DNA of 63,404 nt, the filler included, from Squatina squatina (taxonomy: Eukaryota), in assembly GCA_031763465.1 (NCBI GenBank). It is 4 parts of 4 records of this genome, joined end to end, with 100 filler letters (N's around TTAATTAATTAA, not from the genome) between each part and the next. Parts side by side here need not be neighbours in the genome. Positions count along the whole stretch, not along the records: positions 1 to 15,842 come from JARFOE010000001.1; 3 more parts are not named here. One strand, written 5' to 3'. Position numbers and translations under genes: made by a program. Shown one piece after another: positions 1-12,956 of this stretch; position 1 is the first letter of the stretch, and each line of letters opens with the position of its first letter. The notes under the pieces are model-generated. The model made no database searches. It saw nothing but the letters and a program-made list of their open reading frames with translations, and was not told the DNA's origin.

Positions 1-2116
1 TCAGATTGTATTGCTCTGCTAATGTTATACTGCTATTTATTTCTACTTGTTAAATGAAGTAATATAAGTCAATTTAGATGTAATGACCACTGAACTACTG
101 AATTAAGACTTGTCTTAAAGCAATGGTCAGTGCAGGCAATAAACCTAAATTAAAAACATTCTGATGCATACTCCAGAGAACTCTAATCAGTTAATAACAA
201 GTTAGTTCAAGGAAACGTCTGTGAATATGCCATTCTTTTTAGAAAGCAGAAAACTGGTATGAAATGGTACAGATTTAAAATTAGAAATTCCACTTGGTGG
301 AATAGTAACAAGAGTTGGAACTATCAATAAGATAACAAAGTTAGGGGAGTTGTACCAGTCTACGGAGAAAGAACCGGTTAAAACTAAAGCTATTGTTAAG
401 GGACAAGGGAAGTAACTTATTAAACTTCACGTTATATGGAGTTGTATTAGGTAATGCTGAAATGGCATCAAAGGAAACAAGTGCTCTTCAAGTCTATGTG
501 GAGGGAGTTCTGTGTTGCACTTAATCCACATTGTATTTCAGCTTTATTACGACATGAGAAGTGAAGTGGAAAAATATTTTGCTTGTGGCTTCACATATGT
601 ATGTATAAAAATAACACATTGGAGGCTTGTGAATAGAACCCCCATTCTGTCTACAATTTCATCTTCAAGATTTGCCTTAATCAAAGATTAAAATGTATTA
701 AAAGTAGACTCAAATCTCCATATATCTCTATATAAGAATGCAATTTGTTGTCAAAGGCACATTTGGACTAAGCAATAACATTAACATTCCTGTCTAAACC
801 TGGTTAAAAACATTTTTGTTTGTGCCAACCCAGGGGCTCCCAATACAGAAAATTTCTAATGAGATATCATTAACACTGTGAGATATCTATACTGTCGTGT
901 TCCTGCCCCATAGATAAAATTGCACTGTGCTATTCTAGGAGTTCATCGCAGTATGGATGTTACTTCCACATGCATAGATCAGCTCAGAACTGCCAAGCTG
1001 TTTTATATATTTTACAGTTCTCTGACTTGTATTAGTCTCCAGGCCACAGCTTTATTTTTTAAAGTGATAGTTAACAAATACCTTAAATGGTATTCACTGT
1101 TATTGACATGAAGTGGATACTAAAATAGAAAAAAAAATAGAAAAGTGCGTGAAGGTTTTCATGTAAAGTTTTATGAAGCACTGCTTAGAATTTACTATAT
1201 TAGCAGATGAATGCTTAATGTCATTCCCTTTTCTGTTATATTAGCAGAGATTTGTTTAAAATAAATGGGTTAACACTCATGTTAAAATAGCAGACTGATA
1301 AATATCAAATAAATCTGTTAAGCATTTGTCTCCTAATATTCTTAAAGTAATCAGTACGCTCATTAGTTCAATGCTTACCTACAGTACGAATCAGAAGAGT
1401 TTATACTGCTGCTGTATAAAGTATTAGTAAGATCCCATTTGCAATAGTGTGTAGTCTNNNNNNNNNNNNNNNNNNNNNNNNNNNNNNNNNNNNNNNNNNN
1501 NNNNNNNNNNNNNNNNNNNNNNNNNNNNNNNNNNNNNNNNNNNNNNNNNNNNNNNNNATGCTTCCTTTACAAATGGTTTCAGCCTCAGTTTTTCTGTTTT
1601 CTTTGTATTGCCTTAAGATCCACAACGGGACCTACACCTGCCTTCAGTAGCCTTTAACAGTCCGGGAATGCCCCCAAGACACTCCCAAAGCGCTTGTCCA
1701 CATCCCTCTCCCTACGCTGCCAGGAGTTCTAGCTGCTCCCAACTGAAACTTCCAGCCTCTAGTATCCTCTTAATATTCAGCACTAAAAATTACAGAGCAG
1801 TATTACAATATTATTTTATATAAAAAAGCAGGTATTAGTTTCAAAAATTGCAAAGAATACTAAATGCACTACAAAAAATGTCTAATGATTGTTATTTAAA
1901 TGTGAATTTAAATCATTACTCCATCAAAAAGCAGCTTTTGCCTTTCCGGAATAGTTTCATTTGTCTTTTCATAATTTAAATGGAAATTATGTTTCAGCTG
2001 GTGTTCTTCAAATATGAATTTTTTTTGCTGTGTAATAAATTATTTTTCCTTCTATTCTGCCTGACATTAGCATTACTTGGCTGAACGTAGGATGATTCAG
2101 GCTTTCAAGCACTCAC

Positions 2117-3175
2117 CTGTTTCTGCTCCGTCAACTTGCTGTGATGCCATCGCTCTCGTCTCCGTTGTTTTCTTTTCAAACTCTTCAGTTTGTTTCTCTG
2201 TCTTTTACTCAGTGTTCTTTCGCCTAGAGTGGAGAATAAGGGAACGCACAGCGCTGAATCATTACAGGGATTGCTTGTACCTGCATTATGTCCTTCCTCC
2301 CATTCCTCTATGTCACTTGCTGCAGTACTTGAGTCAGGTGACCAACCTCTAACAATGGCAGNNNNNNNNNNNNNNNNNNNCCTGCAATGTCTTGGCACAG
2401 ATGGCCCAGGATCTAAATCTTCTTGTGCTTCTTCTATGAGACCATTACTGAATGACTGAGGACATGACACAAGATCAGACTCTCGACTGTACTGATTCTG
2501 AAAGGCAGAACCGTTGGATTCTTCACATACAGGTAGCTGCAGGTTAGCTTCTTCTACCAGTGGAAACTGTCTAGGACCAGCAATCTCATCTATATGATGC
2601 ATTATAATTCCACAAGATGAAGATCGTGGACACAATCCATGAATGCCAGAGAAACTAACAGATACATCCTTTGAATTTGTGCTGTTAAAATCCAGACTGA
2701 GAGACTTTTTATGAAAACCTTTCACTGCACATCTGGCTCTCACTTGCTGTGAAGCAGAAGAGCATGGCTGCGGACAAGCTGCTTTGAAGTTAAATTCACT
2801 GTTGTCAACTTCTACCATTCCTCTACTGCGTGATCTTGCCTCCAGGCAAAGTGCGTCAGTTATTCTTTCACGATCCATCTTTCTCGAATGGTGTAAAAAT
2901 TCTTTATGCCTGTAGCGGGACATGCTGTTTTCTGTCCCGTCCTCCATGTTCTCCACAGTTTTTAACTTGTACATATATTGCACTCTCTGCAGGGATTTCA
3001 CCTTTGCAGACTCAGTGATTCTGATTAAACGTGGTGCTTCATAGTCAGTACGACTCTTACAGATATGTACAGTCACTGTCTGCCCACAGGGGCATTTGGC
3101 ATTGCTGACAAAGTTAAAATCCCCCAGACGAGCCCCACAGTGCAGGCAGTTCAGCTTCCCAATTGTCCACCATGA
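2117..3175 (-). CDS. RNF180: Large internal coding exon of E3 ubiquitin ligase RNF180 (Rines)
   Basis: Acceptor ttttccatag| precedes 3175 and donor CAG|gtgagt follows 2117. Translation SWWTIGKLNCLHCGARLGDFNFVSNAKCPCGQTVTVHICKSRTDY...ITDALCLE...FHKKSLSLD...KRQRNKLKSLKRKQRRRERW matches recalled human RNF180 ([22 protein letters not shown]...KLKNLRRKQRRRERW). A short N gap lies inside. Divergent to HTR1A, as in human. Confidence 0.93.
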
Positions 3176-4742
3176 CTATGGAAAAGAAATAAACAACAAT
3201 CTAGTCATTGTAACAAAAAAAGCGGGAAAATGGCCACATCNNNNNNNNNNNNNNNNNNNNNNNNNNNNNNNNNNNNNNNNNNNNNNNNNNNNNNNNNNNN
3301 NNNNNNNNNNNNNNNNNNNACACAACAGTGAGGCTGAGACACCTGATGTAGCAGATTGTGTTGTTTTACAATACATCAATGTAGCAGACTTTAGAAATAC
3401 TGTCACTGATGTTAGTATTATTCAACAGTGCCTGAAAATTCCACACTATTTCACGTCAAATGAAAAAAAGTGCAACATATAATGCTACCTTTAACAGTGA
3501 AGAATGTAAGTGGCTTTATAAATATAGAGTAATGTCCACATGCATGCTAATGACACCAGACTGTAAAAATACAGTGTAAGCTTTCAATGAGATCTCAAAA
3601 CTAAAGCCTTAACCTACAAAGTACGAAAAACCCAATTGTTTTCCAGCCCAAAGTACTTACTAATTAAAATGCTGCGTAGATGCTCCATTACTATTTCAGA
3701 ATCTTCTGAAAAAAGCACTTAAACTCTTTGAAAACCACTGATAATTGGTCAAAGCAAACACTGTTAGGTTCCATCCATCTCATGCCTGAAGAAACAACCT
3801 TATTTGTTTAAAAATGGCACCAATCACATCCTGATCACAGTGGGTGGAGATTTCCCACAGTACTCACTTCAAACTATTTTAATTTGAATCCTGCTCCAAC
3901 CTAAATAGAGATCTTGCTGCACAGGTTTGTATTCTCATCAGCCATATTCCAGATCTTGTAAAGACTTGCCCAGTTAAGTCAATTTCATGGAAATAAATAA
4001 TTCTATGAAAGTGCTGATTAGTAACAATATTTAATGGAAAGGAGGTATGGGTTCTTGCTATTACTGATGCAACAAAGTTCACAAATCTACGGTGCTTAAA
4101 TGTTCTTTAAAAAGGCAAATTAAATCCAGTTAATTGCCATTAAAGGGACATTGTCACTGTGCTATGGAGGAAGAATGAATAACACTAGTGGAAATATTAC
4201 ATCTAATTATAAACANNNNNNNNNNNNNNNNNNNNNNNNNNNNNNNNNNNNNNNNNNNNNNNNNNNNNNNNNNNNNNNNNNNNNNNNNNNNNNNNNNNNN
4301 NNNNNNNNNNNNNNNGACGTGAAATAATGACCAACTCCGCCTGCATTATTGATCCAAGAATCAGAGCTGGCCCAAGCATACTGGGGGCAAATCTACTGTG
4401 GCTGCCAGAAATTAGGAAACGTGTCGCTCAAGGTAGGAGAAAAGTAGCGAACATTCAGGGCGCAGTGCTGGTCCTAGCTGATCCTACATTCGCCAACATC
4501 AGCATCAGCCTGGAAAGGCACACTCCAGAGACCTAATCTGACGTATCCTGGACGGCGGTATATATTAATTCACTCAGTCACCATTCGTTGAGGGAAACGC
4601 CAATGATTTATACAACTAAGAAAATGTGGCGACGTGTTCCTTGTGTTTAGTACTTCATCTCTTTTAAATAATGTAGCCTCGCCTGAAATTTGGAGCCCGA
4701 AGGATTGACACAACTTCTCCACGGCTCCTTTGCGCTCTCGGC

Positions 4743-5901
4743 ATGGAAATGTTCAACAACAGCACCTTTTCAGACTCTGCTTTTACCAAGGAAAATAATA
4801 CCAACTTTTCCGAGGTGACGCTCACTTACCAGATTATAACTTCGTTGTTTATAGGGACTATGATCCTTTGTTCCATCATTGGGAATACTTGTGTGATCGC
4901 CGCTATCGCACTGGAGCGCTCTCTCCAAAATGTAGCCAACTATTTGATCGGATCACTGGCTGTCACAGACCTGATGGTCTCGGTGTTAGTGCTGCCTATG
5001 GCTGCTTTGTACCAAGTTCTGAGCAAGTGGACCCTGGGACAGGTAACCTGTGACATTTTTATCTCTTTAGATGTGTTATGTTGTACATCCTCCATCCTGC
5101 ACCTTTGCGCGATTGCTCTAGACAGGTACTGGGCTATTACAGACCCAATAGACTATGTCAACAAGAGGACTCCCAAACGAGCTGCTGTTCTAATAAGTCT
5201 GACATGGCTGGTCGGCTTTTTAATTTCAATCCCCCCCATGTTGGGCTGGAGAACACCCGAAGACAGAGCTGATCCCGATGCTTGTAATATTAGCCAAGAT
5301 CCCGGCTACACCATTTATTCCACTTTCGGCGCCTTTTATATCCCCCTGATATTGATGTTAGTCCTGTATGGGAGAATATTCAAAGCCGCTGACTATGTCT
5401 CCCGCCGCCACACAAAAGAAAAGTAACGGCGAGAACAGCAAGAACTGGAAGAGGAGCGTGGAGCCCAAACCCGCCTTTATCAACGGGGCAGTCCGACATG
5501 GGGAAGAGGGCTCCGCTTTGGAAGTCATTGAGGTGCACCGCCACTCCAAAGGCCACCTTCATCTGCCCAGCAACAGCCAATCGGCATCCTGTTTCGAGGC
5601 GAGGAATGAGAAGAACATTGAAGCGAAGAGAAAGGTGGCCCTTGCCCGCGAGAGGAAAACTGTGAAAACTTTGGGCATCATTATGGGAACCTTCATCTTC
5701 TGCTGGTTGCCATTTTTCATCGTGGCCCTTGTATTGCCATTCTGTGGACAGCAGTGTTATATGCCAATCTGGCTAAACGCTGTCATCAACTGGCAAGGCT
5801 ACTCGAATTCACTCCTAAATCCCATCATATATGCTTATTTCAATAAGGATTTCCAAAGTGCTTTCAAAAAAATTATCAAATGCAAGTTCTGTAGGCAATG
5901 A
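4743..5901 (+). CDS. HTR1A: Serotonin receptor 5-HT1A (intronless class A GPCR), split by a frameshifting deletion at ~5390
   Basis: ORF 4743-5426 carries TM1-TM5 ([46 protein letters not shown]). ORF 5368-5901 carries ICL3-TM7 ([41 protein letters not shown]). The RFRIRKTVKK segment expected after IFKAA is absent. Confidence 0.96.
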
Positions 5902-8900
5902 CTCAATCATTATATCGACGACCATAATTCATTATTGCGATATATTCGCCCAGAAAAAAAATCCTAACAATTTAACATGCAACCACTTTGAATATTTATT
6001 TTACTGCGCATTTGTGACATGAATGCAACTGGATTCAATCTGTAGCGCAGATTGGCATTTCTGTAGGCAGGTGACAACATTTGTGTTGGCAGCTTTTAAC
6101 AACGTTTTAAATTAGGAGAGAAAGTCTACTGATTATTAATGTTAGATCACTTAACTAATCGCTATGTCCCTGAATGTAATTGAAAAGTAACCGCGATGTT
6201 CTGCAATTTAAAAAAAACACAATTCTGGCCATTGTATGTGAAGCCAGCGCGTGTCCGGTTAAATTGCACCATTTACCGAAGGAAGCTAATAGTTAGCTTC
6301 ACTAGATGTGCACTGNNNNNNNNNNNNNNNNNNNNNNNNNNNNNNNNNNNNNNNNNNNNNNNNNNNNNNNNNNNNNNNNNNNNNNNNNNNNNNNNNNNNN
6401 NNNNNNNNNNNNNNNTTTGCGTGTCATTTTCTTTTATCAAAGAGAAATATATTCCAGCTACTGATAGCACTGGCTCTTAACGCCTTTGATTTGATAAATA
6501 AAACAGATGGATCTATTTGAAGGTTAGCAGTGACAATTTGAAATTTTGATTGATTTTGGTACTATGTAATTGGGTTATTATCATCTAATATTTGATATGG
6601 CTGAACCATCCATCGTTGCCTAGGTAGTGGTATCACTTTCACATAAAGGGGCTCCAGAGGTAGCAACATTACCTTTTAGTTGTAGGATCTGCATAAATGG
6701 CATGTTGGAGTGTCCACTCGAAATGTTTTTGTTGAATTCTGTGATAGCACAGGATGATGGAAAGATTGCCACTTTTCCCTGGGTTATCAATTTTATCAGT
6801 AGCTCTGAGCACCAACGTAATACTAAACTGAAATGCTCACTTTTCTGCAGGCTACAGAGTTTGCAATACTTAGTTTATTCCAGAAGAAAGCTTTTTAACA
6901 CAAGTGTCATGAAAGTCTTTTTGCAACAGTGCAGAAGCCTGGGTATTTCACTCCTCCCTATTATTCTATTCACTTAGCTCCAAATACTTCAACCAGTGAA
7001 CTGGTCACTATCAATGTGTAGCACAGTCTCTAGATGTAAACATAAAGGGCAAAATTTCCATCACTGTGATGGTCACGTTCATGACGCGCACATACGTAAT
7101 GAAGTGTTTGCCCAGCTGCCATGTGAATATGCACACTCTGCCCAGTGTTATCCTGCAAGCAGGGGCTCTATGCATATGGCATTTATTTCATGCAAAAGAG
7201 AGCACTTTAGCACCTTTGTCAGCCCACAGTTAATATTTGTCTCACAACTGAGGGCATCCTGTACACACAGACATGACCTGTGTCAAGCAAGCTCTTATTC
7301 CTATGCAACAGGCTTTGTACTCAATAAAAATTGTTCAAATGTGAGTTTAGAATTCTGCAGCTGTCAGAATGAGAGCTCAGCAATGGAGAGAAACNNNNNN
7401 NNNNNNNNNNNNNNNNNNNNNNNNNNNNNNNNNNNNNNNNNNNNNNNNNNNNNNNNNNNNNNNNNNNNNNNNNNNNNNNNNNNNNNNNNNNNNNTTACAC
7501 ACCGCAGTCTGAAGGTGTTCTGGATCAATCGAAGGACTTTGCAATTGTACTGGAGTTGCTTTTGAAGTCAGTTTGGAGCGCAGAATGCATTCTCTCTAAT
7601 AACCTGTTCATATGCTGACAGTCGTGCTCTGATCAGGGTATGAAAGCTGAATGCCACCTTTGATGTTGGTTGTTGGAAAAGCATTTCATGGGCCAAAGAT
7701 GCTGACATAACTTACGCTGCAATAACTTAACTTAAACAACTCTCTCAATGTTTAATGTACTTTATTTATCATCACTCGCTCTGAAAGTTGTTTTGTGTAA
7801 AGTACTTCATTCCTGTCAGCAACAGCAGAGGTTGGTATGACGCTCATTTCTTACAAGTACTTTTTTGTGATATTTCTTTCTCTGATCACATTGAAAGCTT
7901 ACGTACAACCACATCAGCAGATTCAGGAAAGTGTTTCCCAAGTCACTTAGTATTTGGTCTCTCTCATAGATTATTTACAACCATTGTAGGAATGTTGGGA
8001 AGCATTATAGATCAGCAACATTTATTGTACAATTATTTCCGTTACATCGATCAAGGAATCATTCCAGGAACAATGGCAGAGAAAAAATCTGACCTGTATT
8101 CACAGGAACACCTCTGTAGATCTCATTGATTTCTGGTTTTCAAAAAGAAGCAACAAGTTGTCCCATTTAATTTGATGTATCAGGAAAATTATTCGATGGA
8201 ACAGAGTGTACTGGCCACAATTTTTATTTATGATATTGCTGCTCTAAAAGCACCAAGCTTTCTCAGAGAACTATAGAACTGTATTTGACATAAGAAAGCA
8301 ACAAAGGTTAATAAATCAATATTACTGTGCATACACTGGAATATTTTCTGATCGTGTAAATTGCAATGTGTTCAATATAGGGATGGATAGTGTGGTTGGA
8401 GAATTTCTGGCACAACAGCAGATCACTGGCTATTTTCTGAATTTTATCAACTGTGATGAAGAATTGGAGACTTCAAGAGTAACTTCTCAATCCATTCTTT
8501 GTTTTAAAAAGCTGGTTTAACTAGCGTCTATGGTTGTGGACAGGATAACTGAGGGAGTGGGGGGGGTGAAATTCGGTACCGCCCCAGCAGCAAAATTGGG
8601 GATACCGCCCCCGAGAAGAAGTGAAGCACAATGTCGCGTTCTCCACTTCCTCTCAGGGACGGGACTGGAGGCTCCAAGCGTGGGAATTTTCTAACACTAT
8701 GCAGAGAGGCCTTAAAGGGGCTGCGCACCCAAAAAAAAATGAAAGGGAACTTTGGTTAGAATGTGAGAAAAACATGTATATGCAAGTATTTTGAAGTAAT
8801 GTAGTAAAAGTCCATAAATATTTGCTTCTAGTGCGTGGAATGTGGAGAGGTGAACTTTACTAACTGCCAGGCCNNNNNNNNNNNNNNNNNNNNNNNNNNN

Positions 8901-9174
8901 NNNNNNNNNNNNNNNNNNNNNNNNNNNNNNNNNNNNNNNNNNNNNNNNNNNNNNNNNNNNNNNNNNNNNNNNNGTGACAGTTGCCCCTATTTGCAATGCT
9001 TCTTCTTAAAACAATTCAAAGTAATGTTTTACTTGATTTCTTCATCAGGATACTACTTTAGTCTGTGCATGAGAGCTGGTCACATTGTGATGTTGGAAGC
9101 TTTGGTGGTGTTTGCTGGAAGAATACAATTGCATGTTTTCCTTTTCTTCTTCAACTAGAGGAAACAGTTTCTTT

Positions 9175-9339
9175 TCATAATTTTTGTAAAAACCCTTGCA
9201 GCTGTCTAATAACTTCAGAGTCCACCGATTCCATCAGACTCTGGAATTCTTGCTCTCCAAGTAACTCTTGCTGTGCCTTCAGCTTCTCGTAGACAAACTG
9301 CTGCAGCGACACACAGTGTACTGGGTCCTTCAACGCAAG
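9175..9339 (-). CDS. IPO11: Terminal coding exon of importin-11 (not in the ORF track)
   Basis: Acceptor ctcctgcag| then LALKDPVHCVSLQQFVYEKLKAQQELLGEQEFQSLMESVDSEVIRQLQGFLQKL*, matching the recalled human IPO11 C-terminus LALKDPVHTVSLQQFIYEKLKAQQEMLGEQGFQSLMETVD. Confidence 0.93.
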   Translation of the reverse strand, partial: LALKDPVHCVSLQQFVYEKLKAQQELLGEQEFQSLMESVDSEVIRQLQGFLQKL

Positions 9340-10673
9340 CTGCAGGAGTTAGACAAAAACAATAACTATTAACACAGGCAACACATTTTTCCTTTGCTCC
9401 TTGTCAATTCACTTAATAATGATGTTCCCTAGTGGCTTGCAGTACACAACAAAATACTTTTTATTAGCATAGAATTCTTACTTGCACACATATTACTCTG
9501 TCATTCTTGGAAAAATCACAAATTAAGGTATTGCAGCATCCTCATTGAAGGAAATATTAAAAATCTTTTTCTTTCTGTCGAAGTGCCATCTACATGTTTT
9601 TAAAAAATCAACAGATTTCCACATTTCTTTGCTCCTCTGACCCTTAGATTTCATCTGCAAGCTTTCTTCAGCTGCTAGGGCTGGTGAAAGACTGATAGAG
9701 AATCATTTATAATTTTAATACCAATTTGAACAGGCGACGTGAAACATTTTTCTCAGTCTACAGAGACCTCATAGACTATTTTAGGTAAGCTATCAAGGGA
9801 TACGGAGCAAAGGTGGGTGAATGGAGTTGAGGTACAGATCAGCTATCGAGTGGCAAAACAGGCTTGATGGGCTGAACGACCTATGTCCTTGGTCCACCTA
9901 CCAGGCAGTCCACCTGAGCATGTGTGGCCCATTTTCCTCACCAATTCCCAGATAATCTGCCAAGAATGGTGAAGTTGCTTTCTACAGAACCTTTTTCTAC
10001 TTTAAAATTCAAGTACTGGTGATTTGTGTTGAATGTTTTCCAAGTATAAAATCTATTTGGTGTTGGATGCATACCAATCAATATAATATAGGGTTATTGA
10101 TTCTTTTTGAAATCATGCTTTCTTTACTCAGAATATATTAAAGAAATTGGAGACATGAATGTAATATATGTAAATTGACAGAGAGGTGAATGTGTCAGAA
10201 ATGTAAGAAACTTAGAGGTGGTATTCATTGTACTGGTACTTCAGATCAATTACCAACCTCAGCGAGGCTATCTTGAAAGAGTTGAGTGCATTTCTCGGAA
10301 AAAGAAATGAAAATTAGAGGGAACGTTGGTGACGGGTATCACCTAATGCCCACATGTGCACTTTCTTGCGGGGAATACCAAATAACAAACGGGATTGGGA
10401 ATCCTGGCTGATCTCTCCACCACCACCATCGGGAGCTTTGAGGCCCTTTCTGGGATCAGTAACTCAGCACAGGCAGGTGACAGAACCTGAGACTTCCTTG
10501 GTCTGTATAACTCACATATCCACTGCCTTTTAAACAGGTGAGTGATCGAGAGAGTGGAGTTATAACTACATATAAAACTGCAGCTGGTTTGAAAGTGTGG
10601 CGCTGCAGCACATTACTACCAACTACCCATATACTGCAGGGTGTAGGTTACTTATCTTGCTAGTTTCCTCATT

Positions 10674-11075
10674 TCATCTGTACTGCTGTCGGGAGCATCT
10701 AAGCAAAGGCCAAACCATAAGGAAGTAGGGAATATTGTAGGGACATTCTGAATTTCCCAATCTTAGTTCCCTTCCACATTCTCTCCTTATTTCCAAATCG
10801 CTATTCCTGCTTCCACATTCTCTATTTTCCAATCTACGTCCCTCTTGCTTTTTGTGTGCTCTTTCGGTTACATTCCGTACCTCTCGGTGTCTCGTTTCAA
10901 CGTTCTCTTTCTCTGCAGCCTTTGCTGAGGTGGTGTCTGATGGTTTCTTCCTTGGCTTCATCGTCTTGGCTCTCTGTGTGCTTTTGCTGGCTTTCCTGGC
11001 TGCTACTGATTCTTGGATTTTCACTCTTTTCAGTTCCTGAATAAAGAGAGTTTGGAAGAAGATGAAGCACGCCAT
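10674..11075 (-). CDS. Candidate orphan Lys/Arg/Glu-rich ORF (133 aa), unassigned
   Basis: Starts at a true ATG (caaATGGCG) just downstream of a CpG-rich motif cluster. Has a basic middle and a degenerate triple repeat (RLENRECG/DLEIRRECG/RLGNSECP). No homologue recognised. Confidence 0.3.
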   Translation of the reverse strand: MACFIFFQTLFIQELKRVKIQESVAARKASKSTQRAKTMKPRKKPSDTTSAKAAEKENVETRHREVRNVTERAHKKQEGRRLENRECGSRNSDLEIRRECGRELRLGNSECPYNIPYFLMVWPLLRCSRQQYR

Positions 11076-11264
11076 TTGTCTCCGTGTGTTTTAACGGGTC
11101 GGCACGTGACGTCATAAAGATGCGTGCCGACCCGCGACGCGCAGCTGCAACCCCCTCTGTGGCCCACGGACGGAATTCACCTGCGGGACACGCCCGCAGC
11201 GGCGGGTGGTTGCAGCCACAGGGAAACCTAACGGGGCAACGGCCCTCTTAAAGGGGGAGGGCCT
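11060..11264 (-). promoter_or_regulatory. CpG-rich promoter-like patch with overlapping E-box (CACGTG 11103-11108) and full CRE (TGACGTCA 11107-11114)
   Basis: Local CpG enrichment in an AT-rich background. Composite GGCACGTGACGTCA site. YY1-like AAATGGCG overlaps the ATG at 11075. Confidence 0.5.
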
Positions 11265-12956
11265 NNNNNNNNNNNNNNNNNNNNNNNNNNNNNNNNNNNN
11301 NNNNNNNNNNNNNNNNNNNNNNNNNNNNNNNNNNNNNNNNNNNNNNNNNNNNNNNNNNNNNNNNAATAGAAGTTGTGAGGCTTTCAAACGCAATAAAATA
11401 TGGCAAAATCCACGAGAGGAGACAGTTACACTACAACCATTAGCACCATCAAAAAAGTGATACAAATGTGAAAGATACCAAAAAATTAAATTCTTCTATT
11501 TCTTTAACGCATTTAAATCTCTAGCAGAAATGCAATTATATTTGAATATTCCAAACAATTACAAATTGCTATTTGAAGAAACAGAATATTTAATTCAAAT
11601 AAAAATCATAGACTGCTAATACACTTACAATCAGCTAAGTACTGTGCGCTCTTGCTTATAATTTACAAGATCTGTTCAATTCAATATACTTAGGAGTAAG
11701 CTAGGAAGCTAAGTTGGAGATCATAAAGTCTCAACCAATTGAAAAATAAATGATAGAACCACCAAAAGTTATTACATCATTAGGTATCCTTCACTTAACA
11801 TGTCCAAATCATTTAGAGCAGCAATTAAACATGCAAACAGAATGCTGAACTCTACAGCTAAAATGGTAGAGTACAAGTGGAAGGAAGGCACTGAAGTGTT
11901 CTGGTCAGCTCTGCACCTTGGCTAGTGTGTCCGTACTGGTCACCGAGGGACAAAGAGACGTTCTGGAGGAAGTGAACAGAACATCTATGAAACAGATCAC
12001 CAAGATCAGAAGAACTCCATCAGCACTACTCACCTGCCCTTGATTCCACATCCCCTTCCCTGGCCAATTAACTAGGCTGACCCAGACCGTAAAATCTTGA
12101 GTGTCCTGTTTAGCCCTGAGCTGATATTCAAACTCCAGATCCTGCCCATTACCAAGACTATTTATTTCCATGCAACACTGTCTGCTTCCACCACTATCTC
12201 AGCCTGTTCCGCGGAAAGAACAAACAGGATTCCGGGCCTAATTACTATTCAGTGACCCTGCTCGAAGTGACGGCAGAGAAGGGCTCGTCAATGAAGCTCG
12301 CCACTAAAAAATAGTTTTTAGACATTTATCCTTTGAAACAGTGCTGGAGGGCTGCTGTTGACCACTGTCTGAACAGAAGAGGTAAAATTTACTTTGCAAT
12401 GGGTGACGAGCCTGTTAGACCCATTTTCCTGTTGTTTCCAAGAACAAGCACAGATGACAATCCAGCCAATCCAGTTGGACTCCCAGCACATTCCCAATGT
12501 TTCACTAAAACCAATGAAGCACCTCAGCCATTCACAGAAACTCATTTAAGTGCAAATTTTAGAGCTAAAATAGCTGTCCAAATGACTCTGTTAATAAGTC
12601 AATGTGTGACTGAGGCATTTTTAAATTGATAAGGGAGGGAGAGAGAAAACATGGAATTATAGANNNNNNNNNNNNNNNNNNNNNNNNNNNNNNNNNNNNN
12701 NNNNNNNNNNNNNNNNNNNNNNNNNNNNNNNNNNNNNNNNNNNNNNNNNNNNNNNNNNNNNNNTATCGCAAACCCGACACTAATTGGCGGGGCAGATAAT
12801 AAAAGTATTTTAGTAAAATCTTGTTCTGCACAGGAGTTGCCTGTAAGTCGAAGGGAAAATTCATGATACATGCACACTTTAAAACACAGGTTTTAAATAG
12901 CTATTGTCTTTAAATGTTAAACTTCTATTCACTGTGTATCAGAGATATAAACACAG

